From positions 704,001-768,000 of the forward strand of contig CAXXWC010000021.1 of the NCBI GenBank assembly GCA_963668645.2: a stretch of DNA of 64,000 bases. The letters are read 5' to 3'. Within the stretch, counting starts at the first letter, position 1. Each line of letters opens with the position of its first letter. Under the pieces are notes generated by a model that had not been told where the DNA came from, ran no database searches, and was given only the letters and a program-made list of their open reading frames with translations. Origin of the DNA: Desulfobacterales bacterium. GTDB lineage: Bacteria > Desulfobacterota > Desulfobacteria > Desulfobacterales > UBA2174. The translations under genes and the position numbers were made by a program. Of this stretch, positions 40,386 to 54,440 are shown one piece after another.

Positions 40386-42437
40386 CTAGTTCAGCACTTC
40401 AGCCACTTTCTGCGCCAGTTCGCGGCGCGAAAACGGTTTTTGAATAAAATGGATGCCATGGTCCAAGACGCCACGATGTGCGATGGCTTCAATCGTATAG
40501 CCGGACATGAAAAGGATCTTGATCTTCGGCCGTTGGCCGCGCAGCCGCTCGGCAAGATCCTTGCCGTTCATGTCCGGCATTACCAGATCACTGATCAGCA
40601 GGCGGATCTCGCCCTCGTGGGCCGCGGCCAACGCCAGGGCTTCGGTGCCGCCTTCGGCGGTGAGCACCCGGTAGCCCAGACTCTCGAGCATCATCCGGCC
40701 GAGCTTCAGCATGGCGACCTCATCTTCAACCAGCAGCACTGTTTCTCCGCTGCCCAGAGGCGCTTCAATTACGGGCTGAACCCCGGCAGGTGCGTCTTGG
40801 CCCGTGTGCCGGGGCAAATAGACCTTGAAGGTTGTCCCCTGTCCCGGCTCGCTGTAGACGTTGATAAAGCCATCGTTCTGTTTGACGATGCCGAAAACCG
40901 TGGCCAGTCCCAGGCCGGTCCCTTTGCCCGCCGGCTTGGTGGTGAAAAACGGCTCGAAAAGCTTCCCCAACGTCTCATGGTCCATGCCACAACCATCGTC
41001 GCTCACCGCCAGCCGAACGAAGTCGCCCGGCACAAAACCCGCGTGGTGGTCGCAATAGGCCCGATTGAAAGCCATGTTGCCGGTTTCAATGGTGATTTTA
41101 CCAACGCCTTGAATGGCGTCCCGGGCGTTGACGCAAAGGTTGGCCAGAATCTGGTCGATCTGGACCGGATCCATCATCACCGGCCACAACTCTGACTGCG
41201 GCTGCCAGCACAGATCGATGTCCTCGCCGATCAGCCGGCCTAACATTTTGAGCATGTCATCCACCGTATGGTTCAAATTGATGACCTGGGGACTGATGAC
41301 CTGCTGGCGGGCAAAAGCCAGCAGTTGGCGCGTAATCCCGGCCGAACGGTGGGCCGCGGCCAGGATTTCATCCAGGTCGCCGAAAAGCGGATGGCCCGGG
41401 TCTACCTTTTCCATGGCCAACTCCGCGTACCCGATGATCACGCCGAGCATGTTGTTGAAATCGTGGGCCACCCCGCCGGCCAGACGCCCCACAGACTCCA
41501 TCTTCTGGGACTGAAGCAACTGGGCTTGCAGTTTTTCGCGCTCCGCCTCGTTGCGTTTGCGTTCGCCGATGTCCAATACGATTCCTTCGTAACATTGAAT
41601 CGAACCGTCCTCGCCGCGGCAAACCCTTGCACTGTTGGAAACCCACAGCGGGACGCCGTCCTTGCGCCGCGCCTCGAACTCGAAATTTTCGACGTATCCC
41701 TGTTTTTCGAGAATCTGCTGAAAACGCTGCCGATCCTCGACATGGGCCCAGTACTGGGTGTCGATATCGGTAACACTCGAAAGCAATTCCTCCACCGTGC
41801 CATACCCCAGCATGCGCACGAAAGTGGGATTGACGTTGAGGAAACGCCCCTCAGGGGTACTTTGAAAGATCCCGACCATCGAGTTTTCAAAAAACCTGCG
41901 GTATTTCTCCTTGCTTTTCCACAGCGATGATTCGACCGCCCGCCGGGCCTCGATCTCACGTTCGGCCTGGAGCATTTTTTGCTCCAGTTTGCGCACCAGC
42001 CGCTCGTTGTAAAGTTGGAGCACCTCCTCTTCGGGGGTCGTCCCTCCTGCCCGGGTGTCGCAGCACCTTTTTGCATCGGCCGTCACCTCCTTGACCGCCG
42101 CCATAAAAACCTCAGGTTCGCAAGGCTTCTGGATGAAACGGTCCGCACCGATCTTCAACGCGAACTCCTCGTCCTTGGATCCGGTGTAAGTCGCCGTGTA
42201 GACGATGAACGGAATGTGGCGCAGGGCATCGTCCGTCTTGACCTTGCGGCACAGTTGGAACCCGTCCATGACCGGCATCAGAATGTCGCTGACGATCAGT
42301 TCGATCCCCCCGGCCTGAAGGATCTCAAGGGCCTCGGCGCCGTTGGCGGCCGATTGCACCGTGTGTCCCCCGGTCTTGAGAAGGGTTTGGAGCAGATAGC
42401 GATTGTCTTCGTGATCATCAACGATGAGGATGTTCAT
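40386..42437 (-). CDS. Hybrid histidine kinase (REC-PAS-HisKA-HATPase-REC)
   Basis: N-terminal [23 protein letters not shown]-terminal REC DLVMP. Confidence 0.93.
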   Translation of the reverse strand: MNILIVDDHEDNRYLLQTLLKTGGHTVQSAANGAEALEILQAGGIELIVSDILMPVMDGFQLCRKVKTDDALRHIPFIVYTATYTGSKDEEFALKIGADRFIQKPCEPEVFMAAVKEVTADAKRCCDTRAGGTTPEEEVLQLYNERLVRKLEQKMLQAEREIEARRAVESSLWKSKEKYRRFFENSMVGIFQSTPEGRFLNVNPTFVRMLGYGTVEELLSSVTDIDTQYWAHVEDRQRFQQILEKQGYVENFEFEARRKDGVPLWVSNSARVCRGEDGSIQCYEGIVLDIGERKRNEAEREKLQAQLLQSQKMESVGRLAGGVAHDFNNMLGVIIGYAELAMEKVDPGHPLFGDLDEILAAAHRSAGITRQLLAFARQQVISPQVINLNHTVDDMLKMLGRLIGEDIDLCWQPQSELWPVMMDPVQIDQILANLCVNARDAIQGVGKITIETGNMAFNRAYCDHHAGFVPGDFVRLAVSDDGCGMDHETLGKLFEPFFTTKPAGKGTGLGLATVFGIVKQNDGFINVYSEPGQGTTFKVYLPRHTGQDAPAGVQPVIEAPLGSGETVLLVEDEVAMLKLGRMMLESLGYRVLTAEGGTEALALAAAHEGEIRLLISDLVMPDMNGKDLAERLRGQRPKIKILFMSGYTIEAIAHRGVLDHGIHFIQKPFSRRELAQKVAEVLN

Positions 42438-42505
42438 TATCTTACCCCCGCATTATTGATCGTTGGCGATTTTTTGATTGTTGATATTCTGTTGACCATC
42501 GCCAG

Positions 42506-42880
42506 TTACAAATACCCCCTGATCTCATCCACAAACGTTTCCGGGTTGATCGGCTTTTCAATATACCCCGTAGCCCCGGCTTGCAGGATCCGTTCGCGGT
42601 CGCCCACCATGGCGTAGGAGGTCACGGCGATGATGGGCACACCGTCCAACTGCGGGTGTCGCTTGAGTTCGGCCGCCACGGCGTAGCCGTCCATTTCCGG
42701 CAATTGGATATCGAGTAAAATAGCCTGCGGCTTGCTGCCCAGGGCCGCTTCGATGCCGAGGCGGCCGGTCTCGGCGCCAACGACCTGAAAGCCGTTTTTC
42801 TCCAACAGAAACCGCATCAGGTAAAAGTTCTGGGCATTGTCCTCGATGATCAGCAGATAATCGCCTTGATTCGGTCCCAT
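42506..42880 (-). CDS. Single-domain response regulator (DivK-like)
   Basis: IIEDN, LDIQLP, IAVTSYAMVGD, YIEKPI. Confidence 0.9.
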   Translation of the reverse strand: MGPNQGDYLLIIEDNAQNFYLMRFLLEKNGFQVVGAETGRLGIEAALGSKPQAILLDIQLPEMDGYAVAAELKRHPQLDGVPIIAVTSYAMVGDRERILQAGATGYIEKPINPETFVDEIRGYL

Positions 42881-42975
42881 GCTGTCTTTATTCCTTTCAG
42901 CTCGGCAATTGCTGGCAGTTGATTGGCGATGATGGATTGCGAAACGAAAAAACACCGATCACAAATCACCCATCC

Positions 42976-45078
42976 CTACCGCGGCATCCATACACTGAAG
43001 GTGCTCCCTTCGCCCAACTGGCTTTGCACCTCGATGCGTCCGCCCATCAGATCCACCAGCTTTTTGCAGATCGAAAGCCCGAGCCCCGTGCCCTCGTGCT
43101 TGCGTGTAAGGCCGGTGTCAATCTGGTGAAACGGCTGAAAAAGGCCGCCGATCTCTTCCGGTGGTATCCCGATCCCCGTGTCCGACACCGCCACCAGGTA
43201 TCCGTCCCCGTCGGTCCGGCAAGACACTCGCACCTTTCCCTGCTCGGTGAACTTGACCGCGTTGTTGATCAGATTGACCAGAACCTGTTCCAACCGGCGC
43301 TGATCCGCATTGATGGCACCCACCGCATCGCCGACCTCCAGCTTCAGGTCGAGGCCTTTCTTTTCGGCCAGCGGCGCGACCATTTTAACCGTTTTTTCCA
43401 CGGCGTGGCGCAGTTGGAAATCCGTCGGCCCCAGCGCCAACTGGCCGGCTTCGATCTTTGAAATGTCCAGCACGTCGTTGATCAGGGCCAGCAGGTGGCG
43501 TGAGCTGTTTTGCACCATGCGCATCTGCTTTTGCTGCTCATCGTTGAGGGGACCGGCCAGCCCCTGGAGCAGTATCCCGGTAAATCCGATGATCGAGTTG
43601 AGCGGGGTGCGTAGCTCGTGGCTCATGGTGGCCAGGAAAGCCGATTTGAGCCTGTCGGCCGACTCGGCCCGTTCCTTGGCCGTGGCCAGCTCGGCGGTGC
43701 GCAGGGCCACGCGCTGTTCGAGAATCTCCGCTTCGCGGCGCAATTCCTGATTGAGCCGGCGGATCTCCTCATCGGCATGGACGCGGTCGGTGATGTCGGA
43801 TCCGATGCTCAAAATTTCCTGAACCTCTCCATTCGCATCGCGCACCATCCTGTTGCGCCAGTCGATCCAGACACGTTCGCCGCTGCGCCGGATGTTTTCG
43901 TTGACGTTGCTTTCTAACTTTTGCGGATCGGCGAAAATTTCCTCCAGCAACGCGCTCAGGTCATTGCCGAAACTATCCTTTTCCGGAATGATGGTATCGT
44001 TCAGACGGCGGCCGAGAATCTCGGCCTCGGAGTAGCCGAAAAACTTGCGGCCGAACTCGTTGAGAAAGGTGATCCGCCCGTCGCGCGAAAAGCGCAAAAT
44101 GATACTGTTGGCCAGCATCACCAGCTCGCGATATTTTTGTTCACTGGCCTGCAAGGTGCAGTTCAACGTCTCCAGCTCTCGAGTGCGTTGATTGACCCTG
44201 GATTTCAGGATAAAGCTTCCCCCCACACTCAACAGCAGCGCCAGTCCCACCACCAGACCGACGATTTGGATCCAAACCGGCAGGACAAATTCCACTTTCT
44301 CTGAAGTCCAGCGTTTCAGCGATCGGTAATAGATCGAACCCGGATCCTGCTTGAGAACGGCCAGGCGCCGGTCGATGGCGGCCAGCAGGGACGCGCCGCG
44401 GCCCTTGGGCGCGGCAAAATAGAGGTTGGAGGGATTGAAGATCACCGCCGTGTCCGCCAGATTGTATTGTTTGGCGTGCATCATCCCGAAAAACCGGTTG
44501 GTGATGGCCGCGTCGGCTTCCCCGTCGGCCACCTTGGCGAAACAATTCCGGTAGTCCGGCAAGCCGATGAGGGTCGCGTTCAGACCGAAACCGTTCGCCA
44601 GGCGCTCAAAGGCCTCCTGCTGCACCGAACGTTCCAGCACCACGATGCGTTTGCCGGCCAGGTCGAGGATGGAATGAATCCTGCTGCCTTTGCGCGCATA
44701 GACCTGAAACCAGGAAGAAAGAACCGGCACCTTGTGAAAATCGAAGATCTTTTCGCGGTCCGCCGAATGGGCCACGTCAGGCATCAGATCGATGTCCCCG
44801 CGTTCGAGCCGGTCCAGCCCCTCGCCCCAGGTGCCGGTAACATAGCGCAGATGCCACCCTTCGCTCTTGGCGATCTCTTCGATCACATCCACGAACACGC
44901 CGGCGGGTCGACCCGTTGCGTCGACAAACACCTTGGGCGCGTTTTCGTAAATGCCCACCGCGACGTCCCCTTCGGCGCCCGCGGCAAGGGGGCTCCCGGT
45001 TGCCAGGACGAGCGCCAGGAGAAGCAGGCGCCAGCGCCAAACCGATCCACCGAAACTCGCAAACCGTTGGTCGAGCAT
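42976..45078 (-). CDS. Sensor histidine kinase (SBP_bac_3-TM-PAS-HisKA-HATPase)
   Basis: Periplasmic amino-acid-binding fold (GVFVDVIEEIA, GDIDL); FLATMSHELRTP; GTGLGL; AGGAGG RBS. Confidence 0.92.
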   Translation of the reverse strand: MLDQRFASFGGSVWRWRLLLLALVLATGSPLAAGAEGDVAVGIYENAPKVFVDATGRPAGVFVDVIEEIAKSEGWHLRYVTGTWGEGLDRLERGDIDLMPDVAHSADREKIFDFHKVPVLSSWFQVYARKGSRIHSILDLAGKRIVVLERSVQQEAFERLANGFGLNATLIGLPDYRNCFAKVADGEADAAITNRFFGMMHAKQYNLADTAVIFNPSNLYFAAPKGRGASLLAAIDRRLAVLKQDPGSIYYRSLKRWTSEKVEFVLPVWIQIVGLVVGLALLLSVGGSFILKSRVNQRTRELETLNCTLQASEQKYRELVMLANSIILRFSRDGRITFLNEFGRKFFGYSEAEILGRRLNDTIIPEKDSFGNDLSALLEEIFADPQKLESNVNENIRRSGERVWIDWRNRMVRDANGEVQEILSIGSDITDRVHADEEIRRLNQELRREAEILEQRVALRTAELATAKERAESADRLKSAFLATMSHELRTPLNSIIGFTGILLQGLAGPLNDEQQKQMRMVQNSSRHLLALINDVLDISKIEAGQLALGPTDFQLRHAVEKTVKMVAPLAEKKGLDLKLEVGDAVGAINADQRRLEQVLVNLINNAVKFTEQGKVRVSCRTDGDGYLVAVSDTGIGIPPEEIGGLFQPFHQIDTGLTRKHEGTGLGLSICKKLVDLMGGRIEVQSQLGEGSTFSVWMPR

Positions 45079-45132
45079 CCACGACCTCCTTGTCGTCCGA
45101 AACACAGGATTGAAATCGTCAGGTGGTATGAT

Positions 45133-46068
45133 TCAGGTGCAATCTCCTTCAGAGTCGACCGAGAAAACCCGATTGCGGCCAGCTGCCTTGGCCGCATAAA
45201 GGGCCTGGTCGGCCCTGCGCAGAAAAGCTTCAACAGCTTCACCGGAATCTTGCGGCTTCGTGCCCAGTTCGGTCAGCCCGAAACTGGCCGTTACCGGAAT
45301 CTGACTATCCTGATAGCGGATAGGGGCTGCGGCAATACCGGCGCGAATCCTTTCGGCCAGTCGGACTGCCCCTTTCAGATCCGTTTCAGGCAAAACCAGC
45401 AAAAACTCCTCTCCGCCGAATCGCACCACCCAGTCCAGATGGCCGCGAACGGACCGATTCAGTGTCTGGCCGAATTCCGCCAGCACGGCGTCTCCGGCCA
45501 GATGCCCCCAGGTGTCGTTGACCGTCTTGAAATGATCGATGTCGCAGAGCGCCGCTGTCAAGGGGCGTCCATAACGGCGGGCGCGTTCGATTTCCTCCGG
45601 CAGGCGCTGGGCCAGATATCCCCGGTTGCGGCAGCCAGTCAGGGCATCGGTCACCGCCAGGGCCCGGATCTCGTCGTTGGCTTCCCGCAACGATTTTTCC
45701 AGATTCAGGATCCGGATCCCGCTCTTGAGCCGGGCGATGAGTTCGGCATGATGAAAGGGCTTGCTCAGGTAATCGTCCGCTCCGGCCTCGAGCCCGGCGA
45801 TGATGTCTTCTCTGTGATCCCTGGAAGTCAGCATGATGATAAAGACGTATCCCCCGCCCCGCCTGGAGCGCAGGACACGGCAAAGTTGGGGACCGTCCAT
45901 TTCAGGCATCATCCAGTCGGTAATCACCATCCGGATCTCATGACGTTCAATGGCGTCGAGGGCCGCCCGGCCGTCCGTCACCGCCTGAACCGTATGACCG
46001 CACTTTTCCAGCATGTTCTTGAGCAGACGACGGGTGATGCTGTCGTCGTCGGCAATCAGAATCTCCAT
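45133..46068 (-). CDS. Diguanylate cyclase (REC-GGDEF)
   Basis: REC DWMMP; TDALTG, DIDHFKTVND, GHLAGD, RFGGEEF. Confidence 0.94.
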   Translation of the reverse strand: MEILIADDDSITRRLLKNMLEKCGHTVQAVTDGRAALDAIERHEIRMVITDWMMPEMDGPQLCRVLRSRRGGGYVFIIMLTSRDHREDIIAGLEAGADDYLSKPFHHAELIARLKSGIRILNLEKSLREANDEIRALAVTDALTGCRNRGYLAQRLPEEIERARRYGRPLTAALCDIDHFKTVNDTWGHLAGDAVLAEFGQTLNRSVRGHLDWVVRFGGEEFLLVLPETDLKGAVRLAERIRAGIAAAPIRYQDSQIPVTASFGLTELGTKPQDSGEAVEAFLRRADQALYAAKAAGRNRVFSVDSEGDCT

Positions 46069-46173
46069 GGTTCCTCCGCCTTGCGAAACCGGATATATGG
46101 AGGACTTGATGACAAGCCTGCAGAACCCCTCAGGGGTTGACTTCGCCGGTGTCCCATCATCGTAAATACGCCT

Positions 46174-50296
<4,123 letters not shown>

Positions 50297-50449
50297 GGCA
50301 TACTCCCCGCCAGACTGTTGATTTTGACCTTGTAGACCCCAGCGCTGGATTGCGCCGGGTCTGCTGCCCGGCATTCCGGAAGGAAAGATAGCTTCATTGG
50401 AACGGATGCCCCGAAAATGGCAACTGCGCTTCTAAACGGGTCAAGCCGT

Positions 50450-52657
50450 TCAAGAACGTTTCAGGAATCGCCCTACCCTGGCCAGCAAGCGTTTGGGGTT
50501 GACCGGTTTGGTCAGGTAATCGTCGGCTCCGGCTTCCATGACCTCAACTTCGGCCTCCACTTCTTTTCTGGCCGTGAGCATGATGATCGGGATATAGCGG
50601 GTGACAAGTTGAGATTTGAGTTGCCTGACAAGCTCGATACCGTTCATTCTGGGCATTACCAGATCCGTAATGATCAGGTCAGGACGCTCCCGCCGCGCCT
50701 CTTCCAGGGCTTCCTGCCCATCGGCGGCGGTGATGACCCGGTAGTTTTCACTCTCCAGAATATTGGACAGAACCTTGATTACGATTTCACTGTCATCGGC
50801 CAGCAAAATCATTTTGGGCCGAACGCTGGCCACCGAGACCGGCTCCCCGGCGGAAAAAATCTCATCGGCCGGCAGTTCTAGGACCGGCTTCTGGATAAAC
50901 GTATCGGTCCCGGCCTGGGCATCCGGCGGGGCGACCCGAAACACCTCGGCCAGAGTGGTCAATCCGGCCAGCGCCTTTTGAATCCCATCAGCCGCCAGGG
51001 GGCGGTAGCCTTCACGTTCGGCAGCCTTGCGAACGGCAATGTCCGATACCCGCCCGACAATCACCGACTTTAGCGATGGGGTCATGCGCAACACCTCGAA
51101 CAGCCCCATCCGGCCCTTGTAACCGCTGTACTGGCAGGTATCACACCCTTTGCCCTTGTAAAAAACAGGCTCCAGGCCTTCGGGGATGTAATCCCGTATC
51201 TGGCGCATCAATTGCGGGCTGACCGGATCCTGGACCTTGCAGTCAGGGCAGATCTTGCGTACCAGGCGCTGGCCAATGACGGCCAGCAGACTTCCGTTGA
51301 TGAGAAAATCCTCGATCCCCAGATCCAAAAGGCGCACCACGGTGGACGGCGCATCGTTGGTGTGCAGGGTTGAGAGCACGAGATGCCCTGTCTGGGCGGC
51401 CTGAAAAGCGATGCGGGCCGTCTCGGTATCCCGGATCTCGCCGACCATGACGATGTCCGGGTCCTGGCGCAAAATGGAGCGCAGTCCGGCGGCGAATGTG
51501 ATGCCGGCCTTGGTGTTGATCTGCACCTGGTTGATCCCGTCGATGTCGAATTCCACCGGATCCTCGACGGTGATGATGTTCACCTCGGGTGAGTTCAGAC
51601 GGTTGAGACAGGCATAAAGGGTGCTTGATTTGCCGCTTCCGGTGGGACCGGTCACCAAAAAAATACCCTGAGGCCGCCGGATCGCCTCTACAACCGCCTG
51701 AAAGTCCCCATCGGTAAAGCCGAGTTCCTTCAGTTGGACCTTGCCGGAATCCGAATCGAGAAGGCGGATGGTCACTTTCTCGCCGTAGGAGGTGGGAATG
51801 GTGGAAACCCGCAGGTCATAAGGCTTCTGGTTGAATCGAACCCGGGCCCGGCCGTCCTGGGGTGCGCGCCGGATGGAAATGTCCATCCCGGCCATGATCT
51901 TGATCCGTGAAACCAGCGAAGCGTGGACATGCCGATCGGTCTTGAGGATTTCGCTCATCAGGCCATCGATGCGGTAACGCACAATCACGAAGGCCTTTTG
52001 CGGTTCGATGTGAACATCGCTGGCCCGCAGCTTGATGGCATCGGACAGAATGGCGTTGGCAAACCGGACCACGGGGGGCTGCTTGGTCAGCTTGAGCAGT
52101 TCCTGTTCGTCTTTTTCTTCGGCTTGGGTGGCCGGCACCACCTCGATATGCTCCGCAATGCCCGCTCCGTTGCCGAAGTCACGTTCCAGGTCACGCTTGG
52201 GGTAGCAGCGTTCCAGGGCGGTCATCATCTCCTTTTCCGGTGCCACCGCCACCACGATATCCAGGCCGGTGGCAAATCTCAGATCATCGATGGCATGAAA
52301 CTCCAAAGGGTTGACCAGGGCCACGGTGAGCTGCCGGTTTTCCAGTGCCACGGGCATGAGCAGATAGTGTTCGGCCATTTCCGCAGAAACCAGATCCAGT
52401 GCCTCCTGGGAAACCGAAATCCCATCCGGGCGCACCAGGGGAATCCGAAGTTGTTGGGACAGGGCCCGGGCAATGGCCAGGTCGTCGGCCGCTCCCATTT
52501 CCATCAGGATCTGTCCGATACGGCGGTTCTGAACCTTCTGGGCCTTTATGGCCTCGGCAAGAGTTTTTTGATCGATCAACCCTGCATCGACCAGCAGTTC
52601 GCCCAACCGTTTGCGCTTCTTGATCGGCTCTTGAGGGCTGCCGGCTTCAGTCATCAT
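50450..52657 (-). CDS. PilB/GspE-family assembly ATPase with N-terminal MshEN and C-terminal REC domains
   Basis: RLGELLVDAGLI...RIGQILMEMG; ASDVHIEP; GPTGSGKS; LRQDPD; CPDC/CDTC; REC DLVMP. Confidence 0.92.
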   Translation of the reverse strand: MMTEAGSPQEPIKKRKRLGELLVDAGLIDQKTLAEAIKAQKVQNRRIGQILMEMGAADDLAIARALSQQLRIPLVRPDGISVSQEALDLVSAEMAEHYLLMPVALENRQLTVALVNPLEFHAIDDLRFATGLDIVVAVAPEKEMMTALERCYPKRDLERDFGNGAGIAEHIEVVPATQAEEKDEQELLKLTKQPPVVRFANAILSDAIKLRASDVHIEPQKAFVIVRYRIDGLMSEILKTDRHVHASLVSRIKIMAGMDISIRRAPQDGRARVRFNQKPYDLRVSTIPTSYGEKVTIRLLDSDSGKVQLKELGFTDGDFQAVVEAIRRPQGIFLVTGPTGSGKSSTLYACLNRLNSPEVNIITVEDPVEFDIDGINQVQINTKAGITFAAGLRSILRQDPDIVMVGEIRDTETARIAFQAAQTGHLVLSTLHTNDAPSTVVRLLDLGIEDFLINGSLLAVIGQRLVRKICPDCKVQDPVSPQLMRQIRDYIPEGLEPVFYKGKGCDTCQYSGYKGRMGLFEVLRMTPSLKSVIVGRVSDIAVRKAAEREGYRPLAADGIQKALAGLTTLAEVFRVAPPDAQAGTDTFIQKPVLELPADEIFSAGEPVSVASVRPKMILLADDSEIVIKVLSNILESENYRVITAADGQEALEEARRERPDLIITDLVMPRMNGIELVRQLKSQLVTRYIPIIMLTARKEVEAEVEVMEAGADDYLTKPVNPKRLLARVGRFLKRS

Positions 52658-52686
52658 TGCTCCCTGTTTTTGTATATCGACACCGA

Positions 52687-54279
52687 CTAAATGCGGGTCT
52701 CCCATTCCACCCTAAAGACCGGTTTGACCGTGGCCACACCCTTGAATTGCACATCGCCCACAAACTTGCAGTTGATCTCAGAGTCAATCTGATCCCGGGC
52801 CGTCTGCCCCACCAGAATCTCTCCGGGCAAGGCATGGCTGCAAAGACGGCGGGCCAGGTTGACCGCGTCGCCGATCACGGTGTATTCGGCACGCTGGTGT
52901 GAACCGACACTGCCGACCACCACCGTACCGGTATTGATCCCGATGCCCAGGCCGACGCTCTTGAAGCGCGGCTCCTGGCGGCTGAAGCGATCCCTTATGG
53001 CCGCAAAAAAAGTCATCATTTCCAGGGCAGTCTCCAGGGCGCTGCGCGAGACATTCTCCAAAGGCTCCGGAGCACCGAAAAAAACCATGACCTCGTCTCC
53101 CATGAACTTGTCCAGAACCCCATCATTGTCCGCCACCGCCCGGGCCATCCGTTCGTAAAATGCATCCAGAAAGGTCATCATCTGCTCGGGTGCCAATTCG
53201 GCGGTCAACTCCGAAAATCCCCGAATATCGGCGAACAGAGTACTGATGGTTTGTTTGTCCCTCAGGGAACCCGGATCGGCCAGGTAGGAAGTCTTTTGAA
53301 TCAGCTCGTGGACCACCCGAGGCGAATGCAGCCGTTCGACCACCGTCTTGAGCCGCAGCTGTTCCTCGCGGCGGCGCAGAAGAAGGGCGTTACTGATGGC
53401 GCTGGAGACGTTGTTGGCGAATATCGAAATCAGCTGCAGGTCGTTGTCGGTAAAACCCAGGCGGCGGCCAATCAGGTTGACGTTAAGTACGCCGAGACAG
53501 CGCTTGCCGATCTTGAGCGGCACACACATGGCTGAGCTGACTTCACGCTGGCCGATGCGAAACCCCGGGAAGGCGCCCGGGTCGACCTGGCCTTGGAGCA
53601 ACAGCGGCTCGCCATTTGCCACCACCCATCCGGCCACGCCTTCGCCCAGTGGTACGAGCGCGTCTTTGGTCTTTTCCGGCGCCCGCCCGTCCACGGCGAT
53701 AGTCTTGATCGCCTGGCCCGAGCCATTGATGAGCATAATGGAAACCCGGTCGGCATTAAAGGCCCGGCGCACTGCGCGGGCGATGGTTTTGAGCACCGAT
53801 CCCAAATGCCGTTTGATGTTGATGTTGGAACTGACATCCAGCAAAGCTTTTAGGATATTGACATTGCGGCTCAATTCTCCGGACGCCACCTGTTCCTGAA
53901 ATAACTGTTTGGTCGTGTTGAGCAACTGACGCTGTTGGATGATAAGATAGGCACTGAACAACAACACCAAAATACCCAAAAACATCGGAAACATCATGGC
54001 CGGGGTATACCCGTCTGTATCCGGAGTCGTAAACTCTATCACCCCAAGCACCTGCATGCCGACCAGAGACAGGGTCAGATAGAGGATGACGGCGATGGCC
54101 AGCAGGACAAGATTCCAGATCCGCCTTTCAATTCCGGCAATATCCTTTTTCATGCCAGCAACTGTACCAGGGGCCGACTTTATGCTCTGATTCGTGTTTT
54201 TTGCATTATTTTTGCGGGAAAAAATGAGAGGAAAACGTTTTCCTTCCCAGTTTTTCTTCAGGGTGGACCAAAAGTACAT
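52687..54279 (-). CDS. Membrane GAF-containing class III adenylate cyclase (start uncertain: 54279 or 54153)
   Basis: Two TM segments; GAF (GEGVAGWV); FADIRGF, DKFMGD, YTVIGDAVNLARRL with catalytic residues intact. Confidence 0.9.
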   Translation of the reverse strand: MYFWSTLKKNWEGKRFPLIFSRKNNAKNTNQSIKSAPGTVAGMKKDIAGIERRIWNLVLLAIAVILYLTLSLVGMQVLGVIEFTTPDTDGYTPAMMFPMFLGILVLLFSAYLIIQQRQLLNTTKQLFQEQVASGELSRNVNILKALLDVSSNINIKRHLGSVLKTIARAVRRAFNADRVSIMLINGSGQAIKTIAVDGRAPEKTKDALVPLGEGVAGWVVANGEPLLLQGQVDPGAFPGFRIGQREVSSAMCVPLKIGKRCLGVLNVNLIGRRLGFTDNDLQLISIFANNVSSAISNALLLRRREEQLRLKTVVERLHSPRVVHELIQKTSYLADPGSLRDKQTISTLFADIRGFSELTAELAPEQMMTFLDAFYERMARAVADNDGVLDKFMGDEVMVFFGAPEPLENVSRSALETALEMMTFFAAIRDRFSRQEPRFKSVGLGIGINTGTVVVGSVGSHQRAEYTVIGDAVNLARRLCSHALPGEILVGQTARDQIDSEINCKFVGDVQFKGVATVKPVFRVEWETRI

Positions 54280-54440
54280 CTTTCTTCTCCAAGTTGATAG
54301 TCGGCACCAGAGCAGGCTACAACCCGCCGACATCACTTAAAGAGGAAGACGGGCTCACCTTGACTGCCAAGTCACCATGCGGGTCGCTTGCGGTTTATAA
54401 TAGGACGGCTGAGGGGGATTTGGGAAGAAATAAAATAAAA

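Noticed and set aside
54280..54440. Possible riboswitch between the ArsA-like gene and the cyclase
   Set aside because: Some hairpin potential, but no c-di-GMP or other riboswitch consensus recognised by eye; an Rfam scan is needed
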